Virus record (IMG/VR): IMGVR_UViG_2909739949_000002 | Location: 82,529-146,528 of that record | Length of the DNA stretch: 64,000 nucleotides | Direction: 5' to 3' (one strand) | From: a virus | Lineage: Duplodnaviria; Heunggongvirae; Uroviricota; Caudoviricetes | In this document: positions 27,140-35,865 of the stretch, piece after piece | Layout: every line of letters starts with the position of its first letter | How positions within the stretch are numbered: the stretch's first letter is position 1 | Position numbers and translations under genes: made by a program | Notes under the pieces: model-generated | Database searches by the model: none | The model's input: the letters and a program-made list of their open reading frames with translations, nothing else | Told to the model about the DNA's origin: nothing

Positions 27140-29482
27140 ATGGCTGACTATCATGAGATAACAATGCGGCATGTATTCCAGCCAGTTAAAGGAATGCTTT
27201 GGGCTAGTTGCCTAGCCGCAGATAGTCTTATTACAACTACTAATAATGGATTAGTTCCTATTTCAAAGATAGATATAGGAACTAACGTTCATTGTTCTGA
27301 AGGAGTTGGTAAGGTTGTAACTAAAGTAAATAAGGGGCTGAAGTCTACTTATAAAGTTACAACTAACTTGGGATATTCTATAAAAGCGACATTAGACCAT
27401 AAGTTTCTAGTATGTAACTCTGGTAGTTTCTTATGGAAAGAATTATCAGCAATAGAGGAAAATGACTATATTGTTCTGAATAAAGGAAATTATTCTATTG
27501 ATAGAAGTAACTGTAAGTTTAAAGAGAATGAGCTTTTAAATAATGCTATAGCTCAATTAACTAAGCCTACTTATAAATATATATGTAAATACTGTAACTC
27601 TATTGAAACGCAGAAAAGTGGAGGGGGATATCTAAAGTGCTTTTCCTGCGGCCGAAGTCAAAAGGTTCTAGAAGAAAATAGAAGAACTATACATGAAGGA
27701 AATAAAATCCTTTTAAGTTCAAGAGAGATATCCTCAGACCTTGCTGAATTTCTTGGATTATTTATAGCAGACGGAAATATTACCCACAATAAAGAAGTAC
27801 CTAGAACTGTAGGAATTTCTTTAGGGGACTCTTATGAAGAATTAGAAGAATGGTTAGTTGACTTGGGATTAAAGTATTTCGGTAGAAAGTTTGTTCACAG
27901 AGGAAAAGGAGATTATAGATTAGAAAGTACAGGTTTAGCTAGCTGGCTTAAAACTATTAAAGTAAATAGCTCTACTATACAAATACCTATGGAAATATAT
28001 TCGGCACCTTTAAATGTAATAGGGTCTTTTATGAAGGGTCTATTTGAAGGCGACGGTTATATAACAAAGTATGATAGAAGAACTATATCTATAGTTAGTA
28101 AATGCTATAAGTTCTTACAAGACATACAAGTTCTATTACTAAAATTAGGTATATTAAGTACCCTAAGGGAAAAGGGTTGCTCTACTAACTATGGTAAATT
28201 TAAAGGTGGTGAATTAAGTATATCCACTATTTCGTCAATTAAAATATTCCATGAACTAATAGGGTTTAGAACTAAAGAGAAAAATAATCGACTGAATTTC
28301 TTTATATCAGAAAGAAATTCAAGAGATAAAACTTCTGGTATACCTGGAGAATTTATCAATCTAAAAGAAAAGAGAGTAAGTTTAGAGAGAGCTGTAAAAG
28401 TTAGCAATAATTCTAGATTGCTGAACCCAAATATATTTTATGACAAGATAAAAGCTGTTGATTATATAGGAGAAGAAGAAGTATGGGATATAGAAGTAGA
28501 AGGTACACATTCTTTTGACGCTAATGGATTTACAGTCCATAATTGTGACTTCAGTGCCCAAGAAGGTCGCATAGCAGGCGCACTATCTAACGACCCTAAT
28601 ATAATTAAAATCTATAGACTCGCTAAGGATTATGAGCTAGGTATAATTCCTAGACCTTTAGATCCTAATGGCAACCCCTATGATGATCCAAACGCAGACA
28701 TTCATTTGATTGCAGCCAGTAATCTACATCCAGAAGTACTTAGACTTCTAATAGAAGAACCTTGGCTATGTAGTCCTAAGATTAATGAGCTAGTAAAAGA
28801 GTACAGACAAAAAGGAAAGATACTCAACTATAGTCTGATTTATCTAGCTAGTGCTGAGTCTCTAGCAGAGGACTTAAAATGTGATGTAAAGGGTGCTCAG
28901 AAAGCTATAGATGACTACTTTAGTTATCCTAATGGCTTTTATATGTTAGGAAGATGGCTAAGAAGTAATAGTCTAGCTGGTACAGAAAGAAAATGGATTA
29001 GAACTTTCTTTAATAGTATGTGCTTTACTAATGACTCTAACGCCAAAGGTTTAGATAATAAAGGAACAGTGGGCAGAAAGTCTGTAAATAGCTTAGTGCA
29101 AGGAGCTGGAGCAGTTCAATCTAAGATAGGCTTCTTAAACATACAAAAAGCTTTCGATAAATTAAACAGTAAGTACAAAAATGTTGTACGTAATAGGGAA
29201 GCATGTGTGTTAAACGTTATACATGATGAAGCAAATTCACTTATACCTGGGGACTGTCATGTAGAGAGAGTACTAACACCAAGTAAAGATAATCCAGCTA
29301 ACAATATAGTTACATTCAAGCATAGCTTCGATGCCAATATAGGAGAACATGCATTAGCAATGGAATATGGGGCGGCTATGAAGAAAGGTATGGAAGATGC
29401 GATGCAATATACATTTGATCTAATAGGTAGTGATATGCCAGCAGGTTCTAGTATTGAGATTGGTAAATGGTGGATTCATTAG
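27140..29482 (+). CDS. polA: family A DNA polymerase, C-terminal part, intein-containing
   Basis: Motif A (C)DFSAQEGRI, motif B RQKGKILNYSLIY, NSLVQG, motif C VIHDE. Confidence 0.9.
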   Translation: MADYHEITMRHVFQPVKGMLWASCLAADSLITTTNNGLVPISKIDIGTNVHCSEGVGKVVTKVNKGLKSTYKVTTNLGYSIKATLDHKFLVCNSGSFLWKELSAIEENDYIVLNKGNYSIDRSNCKFKENELLNNAIAQLTKPTYKYICKYCNSIETQKSGGGYLKCFSCGRSQKVLEENRRTIHEGNKILLSSREISSDLAEFLGLFIADGNITHNKEVPRTVGISLGDSYEELEEWLVDLGLKYFGRKFVHRGKGDYRLESTGLASWLKTIKVNSSTIQIPMEIYSAPLNVIGSFMKGLFEGDGYITKYDRRTISIVSKCYKFLQDIQVLLLKLGILSTLREKGCSTNYGKFKGGELSISTISSIKIFHELIGFRTKEKNNRLNFFISERNSRDKTSGIPGEFINLKEKRVSLERAVKVSNNSRLLNPNIFYDKIKAVDYIGEEEVWDIEVEGTHSFDANGFTVHNCDFSAQEGRIAGALSNDPNIIKIYRLAKDYELGIIPRPLDPNGNPYDDPNADIHLIAASNLHPEVLRLLIEEPWLCSPKINELVKEYRQKGKILNYSLIYLASAESLAEDLKCDVKGAQKAIDDYFSYPNGFYMLGRWLRSNSLAGTERKWIRTFFNSMCFTNDSNAKGLDNKGTVGRKSVNSLVQGAGAVQSKIGFLNIQKAFDKLNSKYKNVVRNREACVLNVIHDEANSLIPGDCHVERVLTPSKDNPANNIVTFKHSFDANIGEHALAMEYGAAMKKGMEDAMQYTFDLIGSDMPAGSSIEIGKWWIH
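27209..28543 (+). mobile_element. 445-aa intein with LAGLIDADG homing endonuclease
   Basis: Starts CLAADS, block B TLDHKF, LGLFIADG and KGLFEGDG, ends FTVHN followed by Cys+1. Confidence 0.93.
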
Positions 29483-29483
29483 A

Positions 29484-29537
29484 TTAACAAACAAGAGAAG
29501 GCTAGTTTAATTTTTCTAGCCTTCTCTTGTTTGTTAA
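29484..29537 (+). terminator. 22-bp-stem inverted repeat after polA
   Basis: TTAACAAACAAGAGAAGGCTAG / CTAGCCTTCTCTTGTTTGTTAA. Confidence 0.65.
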
Positions 29538-29561
29538 AAGATATTTAAGAGGAATAAAAGA

Positions 29562-30035
29562 ATGGGTAGAAATAAAAAGGGAGAAGATTGGACTAATAGA
29601 TCCGAGGATTATGAATATGATGAGCCTAATAATGAAGGTAAATATATTAGATGTGACTATGATCAGAATAATGAACTAATGGGATTTGAAGAATCTCATT
29701 TAAATAGTGATTCAGAGAATAGAAGTTGGCTTCTTAGATTTAGGAAATGGATGTTTGGAGATAAGATGTCTGATGCTTGGCTAGAAGTATGTAATAGAAG
29801 ACCACCTAAGATTGAAATTAATGATGGTGAAGAATATGTAAGAGAACATAATTGGTCTTATGTAACTGCTGGTGAAGACATATATGACTGTAAAGAAACA
29901 GTAGATGAAGAATTTAAACAAGAATGGGAAGAGTCTGATTTAAGCTCAGGAATAAATATAGAGTTCCCAATGTCAGAACAGGATATGTTATTAGACAGAT
30001 ATGGTTTAGAGGCTTACTTTTTAGAAGAGGAATAA
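29562..30035 (+). CDS. family A paralog 3
   Basis: MGRNKKG, EYDEPN, RCDYDQ, YVTAGEDIYDC, EQDMLLDRYG. Confidence 0.7.
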   Translation: MGRNKKGEDWTNRSEDYEYDEPNNEGKYIRCDYDQNNELMGFEESHLNSDSENRSWLLRFRKWMFGDKMSDAWLEVCNRRPPKIEINDGEEYVREHNWSYVTAGEDIYDCKETVDEEFKQEWEESDLSSGINIEFPMSEQDMLLDRYGLEAYFLEEE

Positions 30036-30038
30036 CTA

Positions 30039-30569
30039 GTGAGTACTAAAATAATAAGGCGGTATTCTAAAGAAGAGAAACTAATAAGTAATAGAAGAAC
30101 AATAGATATGTTAAATAAATACTTAAGTAGTATTCAAATAAGTAATTGTCTTCTGAAAGATAAACATCTAAGAATGTTAGAGCAAACTTTAGTTTTAAAT
30201 AGTGATTTATCTCATTTATCTTTCTGCCTAATAAAAAACAGAGAAGGAGATGGAATAAGTCAAAAGGTAGAGAATAAACAGACAGGTAAATTTGAGCTAA
30301 AAGAACAATACATTTGCTATTGTCAAAGTAATTGGATTACTTATTACAGAAATGAGTTTGAATTTAGCTGGCAGGTAAATGAATTATTGAATAAATTTCA
30401 AGCTGAAAGGTATGAAGAGTTAGAGGATGGAGTATCTATAGATAGACTACATGATTATAGATATCTTAACTCAGGTAAGACAATAGGTAAGTTGGTATAC
30501 AGAAATTGTTATAGAAAAGGAGATAAAGGTCGATTTATCCTTCTATTAGATAACAATCTATCTATTTAA
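30039..30569 (+). CDS. family B paralog 3
   Basis: RMLEQTLVLNSDL...SNWITYYRNEFEFSW. Confidence 0.7.
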   Translation: MSTKIIRRYSKEEKLISNRRTIDMLNKYLSSIQISNCLLKDKHLRMLEQTLVLNSDLSHLSFCLIKNREGDGISQKVENKQTGKFELKEQYICYCQSNWITYYRNEFEFSWQVNELLNKFQAERYEELEDGVSIDRLHDYRYLNSGKTIGKLVYRNCYRKGDKGRFILLLDNNLSI

Positions 30570-30599
30570 TAATTAAGGAACATGTTAAAGAAGTAAGCT

Positions 30600-30764
30600 A
30601 TGAAATCTAAAAGGTTATTTCTATATGCAATATCTTTAGAAGGTAACGTAATTCCTTTAGGAAAAGACTATAAACCTATTAGTTATATAGGACTGAAAGA
30701 ATTTCTATATAGACTACTATGTCAATTAGACTGGAAGATTAGGTCATTGCTAAATGGAATCTGA
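30600..30764 (+). CDS. small hypothetical protein (54 aa), not in track
   Basis: Manual translation MKSKRLFLYAISLEG... Confidence 0.45.
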   Translation: MKSKRLFLYAISLEGNVIPLGKDYKPISYIGLKEFLYRLLCQLDWKIRSLLNGI

Positions 30765-31014
30765 ATCAAATAGTTATTGGAGTAATTGTGTAGTAGAAGG
30801 GGTTAAAGCTTATTTAGCTGACCCCTTTTATATTGACATAGAAGTGAAATGGGCCCCTCTTCAATGGCCTATAGAGAGTATATGTCATATCTATTGGTTA
30901 GATAGAAGAGTAGGTAGATATTACCACTTCTCTTCTGAAGATAAAGACTTAAGCATATTTAGACAAATATGGTTTAAAGGAAATGTAAAGAGATATTTAA
31001 ATTTAAGGAGATGA
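30754..31014 (+). CDS. hypothetical protein
   Basis: ORF track; coupled. Confidence 0.6.
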   Translation: MESESNSYWSNCVVEGVKAYLADPFYIDIEVKWAPLQWPIESICHIYWLDRRVGRYYHFSSEDKDLSIFRQIWFKGNVKRYLNLRR

Positions 31015-31457
31015 GTATGAAAATATCAAGTAAAAGTTACATAGGGTTGTTATCTGTATCACTAGGAATGGTAATAATAGGTGTGACAGTTAGACAGAAT
31101 GGAAGAGTAATAGTACATCAGCAAGACAATGAGAATACTAAATATTGGGTAGCTTGTTTCTATAAAGGAAGCGGGCAGATTAATCCAGCTCAACCACCAG
31201 TTAGTTTTCCTTCTACTAGAGTTAGTGGGACTCATGCTTATCAACAAGCAATGACTAAGGCGCGAACTTATGTGACTCAAACAGGAGAAATACAAAATAA
31301 GAGATCTATTGCTGTAGTAAAGAAAGATGTTGTACCAGAATGTGCTAATTACTTTAGAGATAATACTGGAGAAAGAATAATAACTTTGATCTATTCTCCT
31401 ATTAGAGGGATGAATACTTATGATAGTAAGAAGAAAGAAGATATACCTGAAGATTAA
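31011..31457 (+). CDS. membrane-anchored protein, family C paralog 2
   Basis: TM; WVACFY...INP...AVVKK...C...NTGER. Confidence 0.7.
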   Translation: MSMKISSKSYIGLLSVSLGMVIIGVTVRQNGRVIVHQQDNENTKYWVACFYKGSGQINPAQPPVSFPSTRVSGTHAYQQAMTKARTYVTQTGEIQNKRSIAVVKKDVVPECANYFRDNTGERIITLIYSPIRGMNTYDSKKKEDIPED

Positions 31458-31463
31458 ATCTAT

Positions 31464-31522
31464 GGAATAGATAGCCAAGTGGTAAGGCGCTGAGATGGGC
31501 AGTTCGATTCAGCCTCTATTCC
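31464..31522 (+). ncRNA. tRNA-like element lacking the anticodon arm
   Basis: 8-bp acceptor GGAATAGA/TCTATTCC, D arm TA-GCC-AAGTGGTAA-GGC, T arm GGCAG-TTCGATT-CAGCC; only 9 nt between D and T arms. Confidence 0.65.
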
Positions 31523-31544
31523 TATTCAATAGGAGGGAAACTTA

Positions 31545-31898
31545 ATGACAACAGTAGACTTTAATTCTCTAGTAGAAGAGAAAGTAGAAGAGATTCTGAA
31601 AGCAAAAAGTACATATTTAGAAACCTATTTAGCTAGATATGTACAAATTAATGGATATGGAGGAAAACTTTTTGTTCTTAAGAAAGATAATGAAGAGATA
31701 TATAAGTTAGTAGGAAATCCAGGCCATTTCCCTTTTCCTTTATGTTGGGAATATATAGAGAAGATGGCAAATCAATATGGAAAATTAACTAACTTATCAG
31801 TTAATGATGTGGAGTTAGTAATAGAAAGCCCAGATATAAGAATTAATAAAGAAGGGTTAGTATGTAAGATTTATTTTAGGAGTACCGAGTTGATTTAA
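31545..31898 (+). CDS. hypothetical protein
   Basis: ORF track; AGGAGG upstream. Confidence 0.65.
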   Translation: MTTVDFNSLVEEKVEEILKAKSTYLETYLARYVQINGYGGKLFVLKKDNEEIYKLVGNPGHFPFPLCWEYIEKMANQYGKLTNLSVNDVELVIESPDIRINKEGLVCKIYFRSTELI

Positions 31899-31899
31899 G

Positions 31900-32391
31900 A
31901 TGCATTTAACCGAAAAGAAAAGTATTATTCCATTGTTTATAGGGGCTATCTTCATGGTTAATTTGATAACAAGAGTAACTGTATACCCAAATAACGTAGT
32001 GGTGTATGAATCAAATGAAGAATATAACATATGGAAAGTATGCTTTTATGATAGTAATGATGAGCTTAATCCTAGATATCCCCCTAAAGAGTTTCTAGCT
32101 AATGGAAGTAGTGGATACTATAAATCTGTAAGAGAAGCGAAGTATTATCTAAGGCTTTATGGAGAAGCTAGAAATAGAAAAGCTACGGCAGTTATATTAA
32201 AGGTCGGTCTTAGTAATTGTAATCCTGTAGCTGATCAAAACAGTGGAGAGAGAGTAATAAAGATGATATATGATCCAGAGAATAGAATATATAGGATTCT
32301 GGACAGTAAGAAAGAATTAGAACTTCTAAAAGAACCAGGAGAAAGCTTTGTTAGATTTGGAATTGATAGAAAGCCTCCTAAGAAAAAGTAA
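31900..32391 (+). CDS. membrane-anchored protein, family C paralog 3
   Basis: TM; WKVCFY...LNP...AVILK...C...NSGER. Confidence 0.7.
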   Translation: MHLTEKKSIIPLFIGAIFMVNLITRVTVYPNNVVVYESNEEYNIWKVCFYDSNDELNPRYPPKEFLANGSSGYYKSVREAKYYLRLYGEARNRKATAVILKVGLSNCNPVADQNSGERVIKMIYDPENRIYRILDSKKELELLKEPGESFVRFGIDRKPPKKK

Positions 32392-32830
32392 AGTAGCTAA
32401 TCCAATAGAATACATGTGGTCTTTTAGATTAAAAGGTGAGACCATAATCTATGGTAGTAGTAAGTCTGATGTGATAACTATTAAACATTACTTAGGAGAG
32501 CTATCTGTACCTAGTGATTTACCAGATTACTTTAACCTAGCTGACTTAATAGAGAAATCAGTTATGTTAGGTAGTCTAAGTAGTAGCATTTCTTCTAAAG
32601 GAATAAAAGTTAGCTATAGCTATCCTATTAGTATTAATAACTTACTAGAAATAAAACTCTTTAATAAAGCCATTAAAGAGTTTTATAAAGAGTTAGCTAC
32701 TGTCGATAAGACTTTTAATAAGAAAGCAGAACTTAATTTAAAGACACCTGATTCAAAGATATCTAGAAGAATTGATCTAGATTATTTAGAAAGAGATCTA
32801 GGAGAAGATAATGAAAGTAAAAATCAATGA
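32348..32830 (+). CDS. hypothetical protein
   Basis: ORF track. Confidence 0.6.
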   Translation: MLDLELIESLLRKSKVANPIEYMWSFRLKGETIIYGSSKSDVITIKHYLGELSVPSDLPDYFNLADLIEKSVMLGSLSSSISSKGIKVSYSYPISINNLLEIKLFNKAIKEFYKELATVDKTFNKKAELNLKTPDSKISRRIDLDYLERDLGEDNESKNQ

Positions 32831-33947
32831 CTGTAACAAGTGGAAGAAAGATATTAGTTTAGTGGCTTCAAGAATAGATAAGAAACCAACTAATTTAATA
32901 GAAGGCACCTTACATCTAATTTTTAATGATGAAGAGAATAAGCTTGTTATTAAAGCTAGTAAATCTGAATCGTTCTATATAAGCAGAAACATCCAGGATT
33001 ATATAGAGATTATAGAAGGCGGCGAGATTTATGTTAATGCTAGTTCTATTACTTCTCTAAATGATAATTTGATTAAAGATAGTTCTTTAACTATAGAATC
33101 AGATGGTTCTCAATTAGTATATGAGATACCTAAATATGGTTCAATATCAGAGCCATTATTCACTAGCGCAGACCCCTTTCCTGTAGTAGAAGAAGATATT
33201 AGTAAGCCTTCTATACTTATTAAATTAGAAGATAAGCAGGATAAGTTAATAGATATCATATCTAAGGTATCTAATATTTCTATCTCTCCTATAGAGATAA
33301 ATGTAACAACATCTAATGTTAGTATCTATGCTCAAACAGAATATAGTTTGATTAAATATGTACTAAATCTAGATAATGAGGAAGACTATAGAATAGTTAT
33401 TCCTAATAGTTTTGTAAAGAATCTATCTCTAATAAAAGGAGAAGAGAATAGATTATATGGATTACAATCTCCTATTGCATTAAAAGCTGTATCAAATAAA
33501 GGTACTCTACATGTACTAGGAACAGATGTAGAAATAGGGGAGTATTCTGTTCTAGATGAATCAATGAAAGAAAGGTATAAAGCTAGAGGTTTAGTAGATG
33601 CAACAGAATTCCTTCAGGCATTATCTATACAAAGCTATAGATCTACAGAAGTAACTGATAGTATTAGTTTGGAGTTAAAGAAAGATAACTTAAAGATTAA
33701 AGGTACTAATACTAAATCAGCCTCAGTAATATCTAGTAGTTCTAATGACTCTTTTAGAGAAGTAAAGATTCCTATTAATGCTGTAGCTAGTATTAATAAT
33801 CTATTAAGTAACTATGGACTACTTCTTATAGATTTCTATGAGAATGATATGGATGAAGGTAGTGTCAGCAGTTTGCTAATTCACCCAGGAGAAGCTTGTG
33901 ATGTAGATTGTTATATACTTCTATATGAACAAGTAATTCTATCCTAA
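32811..33947 (+). CDS. DNA polymerase III beta-clamp-like sliding clamp
   Basis: 378 aa, three-domain size; N-terminus resembles DnaN (EEGGEIYVNA, DPFP); located in replication cluster near DnaX. Confidence 0.6.
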   Translation: MKVKINDCNKWKKDISLVASRIDKKPTNLIEGTLHLIFNDEENKLVIKASKSESFYISRNIQDYIEIIEGGEIYVNASSITSLNDNLIKDSSLTIESDGSQLVYEIPKYGSISEPLFTSADPFPVVEEDISKPSILIKLEDKQDKLIDIISKVSNISISPIEINVTTSNVSIYAQTEYSLIKYVLNLDNEEDYRIVIPNSFVKNLSLIKGEENRLYGLQSPIALKAVSNKGTLHVLGTDVEIGEYSVLDESMKERYKARGLVDATEFLQALSIQSYRSTEVTDSISLELKKDNLKIKGTNTKSASVISSSSNDSFREVKIPINAVASINNLLSNYGLLLIDFYENDMDEGSVSSLLIHPGEACDVDCYILLYEQVILS

Positions 33948-34234
33948 TGAAGATTATTTATCTAATAATAGATTATCTAAAAGTAAGATATTCTATTAGA
34001 GAGATAGTAGATATTGCTTTTGAATTATGCTGGGAGCTATTTAATGAAGAAGTAGAGATTAGAATAGAATTAGCTAATCTCTCTTCATTAGAAAGACATA
34101 TTAGGATGAAAGATAGTGATGTAGTAATAATGCTATCTACCCATCCTAATCCCAGGATTAGTTTAGGTATTCTATACCCTTTAAGTTTATGTAATAATTT
34201 AAAGAAACCCTATCTGTTAATAAAGATTAAGTGA
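33947..34234 (+). CDS. hypothetical protein
   Basis: TAATG coupling. Confidence 0.55.
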   Translation: MKIIYLIIDYLKVRYSIREIVDIAFELCWELFNEEVEIRIELANLSSLERHIRMKDSDVVIMLSTHPNPRISLGILYPLSLCNNLKKPYLLIKIK

Positions 34235-34235
34235 C

Positions 34236-35033
34236 ATGGAAACAAGTGTAATTAAATGGGCGGCTCTTCCTCATTGTCCAGAAGGTCAATTTAGTAAACC
34301 AAGGGAAACTGATGCTGGATTTGATATTAAAGCAGCAGAAACAGTTATAGTTAATCCCTACGATAGATTAGATTTTTCTTGGGAAGATGTTGGATTCGTA
34401 GATAATTTAAGGGAAGAGATACCTGATCTGTTCCAGGCTTCTTATAATGAAGAGTTATTTTATAACAAGGGAGTTAGGTTTAAAGGTAAGGTTTTAGTAA
34501 GATATATAGATTCTAGTTATAGTATTGCTATATACGATTTAATTAAAGATGTCTTACCTTCAGCCAACATAAATGAAATAGACGATAATAGTTTAGTTAT
34601 AGGTAGTAATCATGAAGATATAAATAATGAACTGATTACTAGTATTAATAAACTAGTAGGTGTTATAGGATGTGAAAGAAAAGTAGTCCTTCAGAGAAAG
34701 AAATATAAACCCTTACTTATCAAAACTGGTATAGTAATTCAACCACAAGAATTAAGTTGGAATGGTTTATATCTACGTTCTAGTATGAGTAAATACGCTA
34801 TTAGTCAACCTCATTCAGTAGGAATAGTAGATATGGAATATGATAATGAGTTGTTCATTAGTGTATATTCCTTAGAAGGTATTACAGTTATTACTAGAGG
34901 AGAAAGGATAGCTCAACTAGTTCCACACTTTATAGATAAAAATATAGTTCTTGATAAAGTAGAAAGAGATAACTTAATTAAGTTTAATAGAGGGGGCTTT
35001 GGTCATAGTGGTACTAGTTTAAAGGTAGCTTAA
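34236..35033 (+). CDS. dut: trimeric dUTPase with ~115-aa insertion
   Basis: Motifs DAGFD, RSS, GIVDMEY, ERIAQL, RGGFGHSG. Confidence 0.88.
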   Translation: METSVIKWAALPHCPEGQFSKPRETDAGFDIKAAETVIVNPYDRLDFSWEDVGFVDNLREEIPDLFQASYNEELFYNKGVRFKGKVLVRYIDSSYSIAIYDLIKDVLPSANINEIDDNSLVIGSNHEDINNELITSINKLVGVIGCERKVVLQRKKYKPLLIKTGIVIQPQELSWNGLYLRSSMSKYAISQPHSVGIVDMEYDNELFISVYSLEGITVITRGERIAQLVPHFIDKNIVLDKVERDNLIKFNRGGFGHSGTSLKVA

Positions 35034-35047
35034 TTTATAGATTTATA

Positions 35048-35081
35048 TTAATAGAGAGTTCTTAACTAAACTCTCTATTAA
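35048..35081 (+). terminator. inverted repeat after dut
   Basis: TTAATAGAGAGTT / AACTCTCTATTAA. Confidence 0.5.
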
Positions 35082-35097
35082 TTTAGGGAAATTAATA

Positions 35098-35865
35098 ATG
35101 TATAGATTAAATAGATTCAATAATGCCTGTAGAAGATGTAACCTTTCTACAGGTAATTCTATATGTGGACAGAGTGAAGTAGATTTTAATGAGGTAGAAC
35201 TTATAGTAGTATCTGCCTTTCCTGGAAATCAAGAAGTAAAAGATGGCATCTCCTTATCTCCTGGAGATAAGAATAGTAGTAAGATGAATGCGGGTAAATT
35301 TCTTAGGTTATGTTTACATTGGATGTTTGATTTAGATGTAGAAGTACCTAGTGAATTGAAACCCTTTTCTGAAAAGGTATTTTATACTAATGCAATTAAA
35401 TGTAATCCTCAGAAAGGTCAGATAAAGACTCAGATAAATAATAATCATTTAGATTCTTGTAAGGATTGGCTTAAAGAAGAAATAGATTTATTTAATAGAG
35501 GGCAACCTATTCTTTTAGCTGGCTCTGAGGCTTGTAAATCTATATTGGGATTTAAAGAATCTATTTATAACAATAGAGGGATAATTCATCAGTATAAGAA
35601 TCATCCAGTAGTAGTAACTAATAATCCTATCGAGTGGGAAAGAGGCGCTCTTAAAGAATTAGTTTATGGAGATAAGACTATAGAAGATTTAGATAAGTTA
35701 TTTAGTAGATACAAGAATCCTAAGAAAACTTTTATTGATAGTATTCTTAAAAGTAAGTATTGGACTCCAATACCATTAGGTAGTGGATTATGGTTTGCTA
35801 AACAAGATTTATTAAAAGTTAAACAATTAGTACTAGATAATTATAGAAGGGCTAAGAATGACTAA
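35098..35865 (+). CDS. family 4-like uracil-DNA glycosylase fold protein (Fe-S), divergent active site
   Basis: CRRC, (SAF)PG, AGKFL, YTNAIKCNP, CKDWLKEEI, LLAG. Confidence 0.72.
   Translation: MYRLNRFNNACRRCNLSTGNSICGQSEVDFNEVELIVVSAFPGNQEVKDGISLSPGDKNSSKMNAGKFLRLCLHWMFDLDVEVPSELKPFSEKVFYTNAIKCNPQKGQIKTQINNNHLDSCKDWLKEEIDLFNRGQPILLAGSEACKSILGFKESIYNNRGIIHQYKNHPVVVTNNPIEWERGALKELVYGDKTIEDLDKLFSRYKNPKKTFIDSILKSKYWTPIPLGSGLWFAKQDLLKVKQLVLDNYRRAKND

Noticed and set aside
27061-27180. Intron explaining the polA split
   Set aside because: Only 2 nt separate the ORFs and no group I core elements are visible
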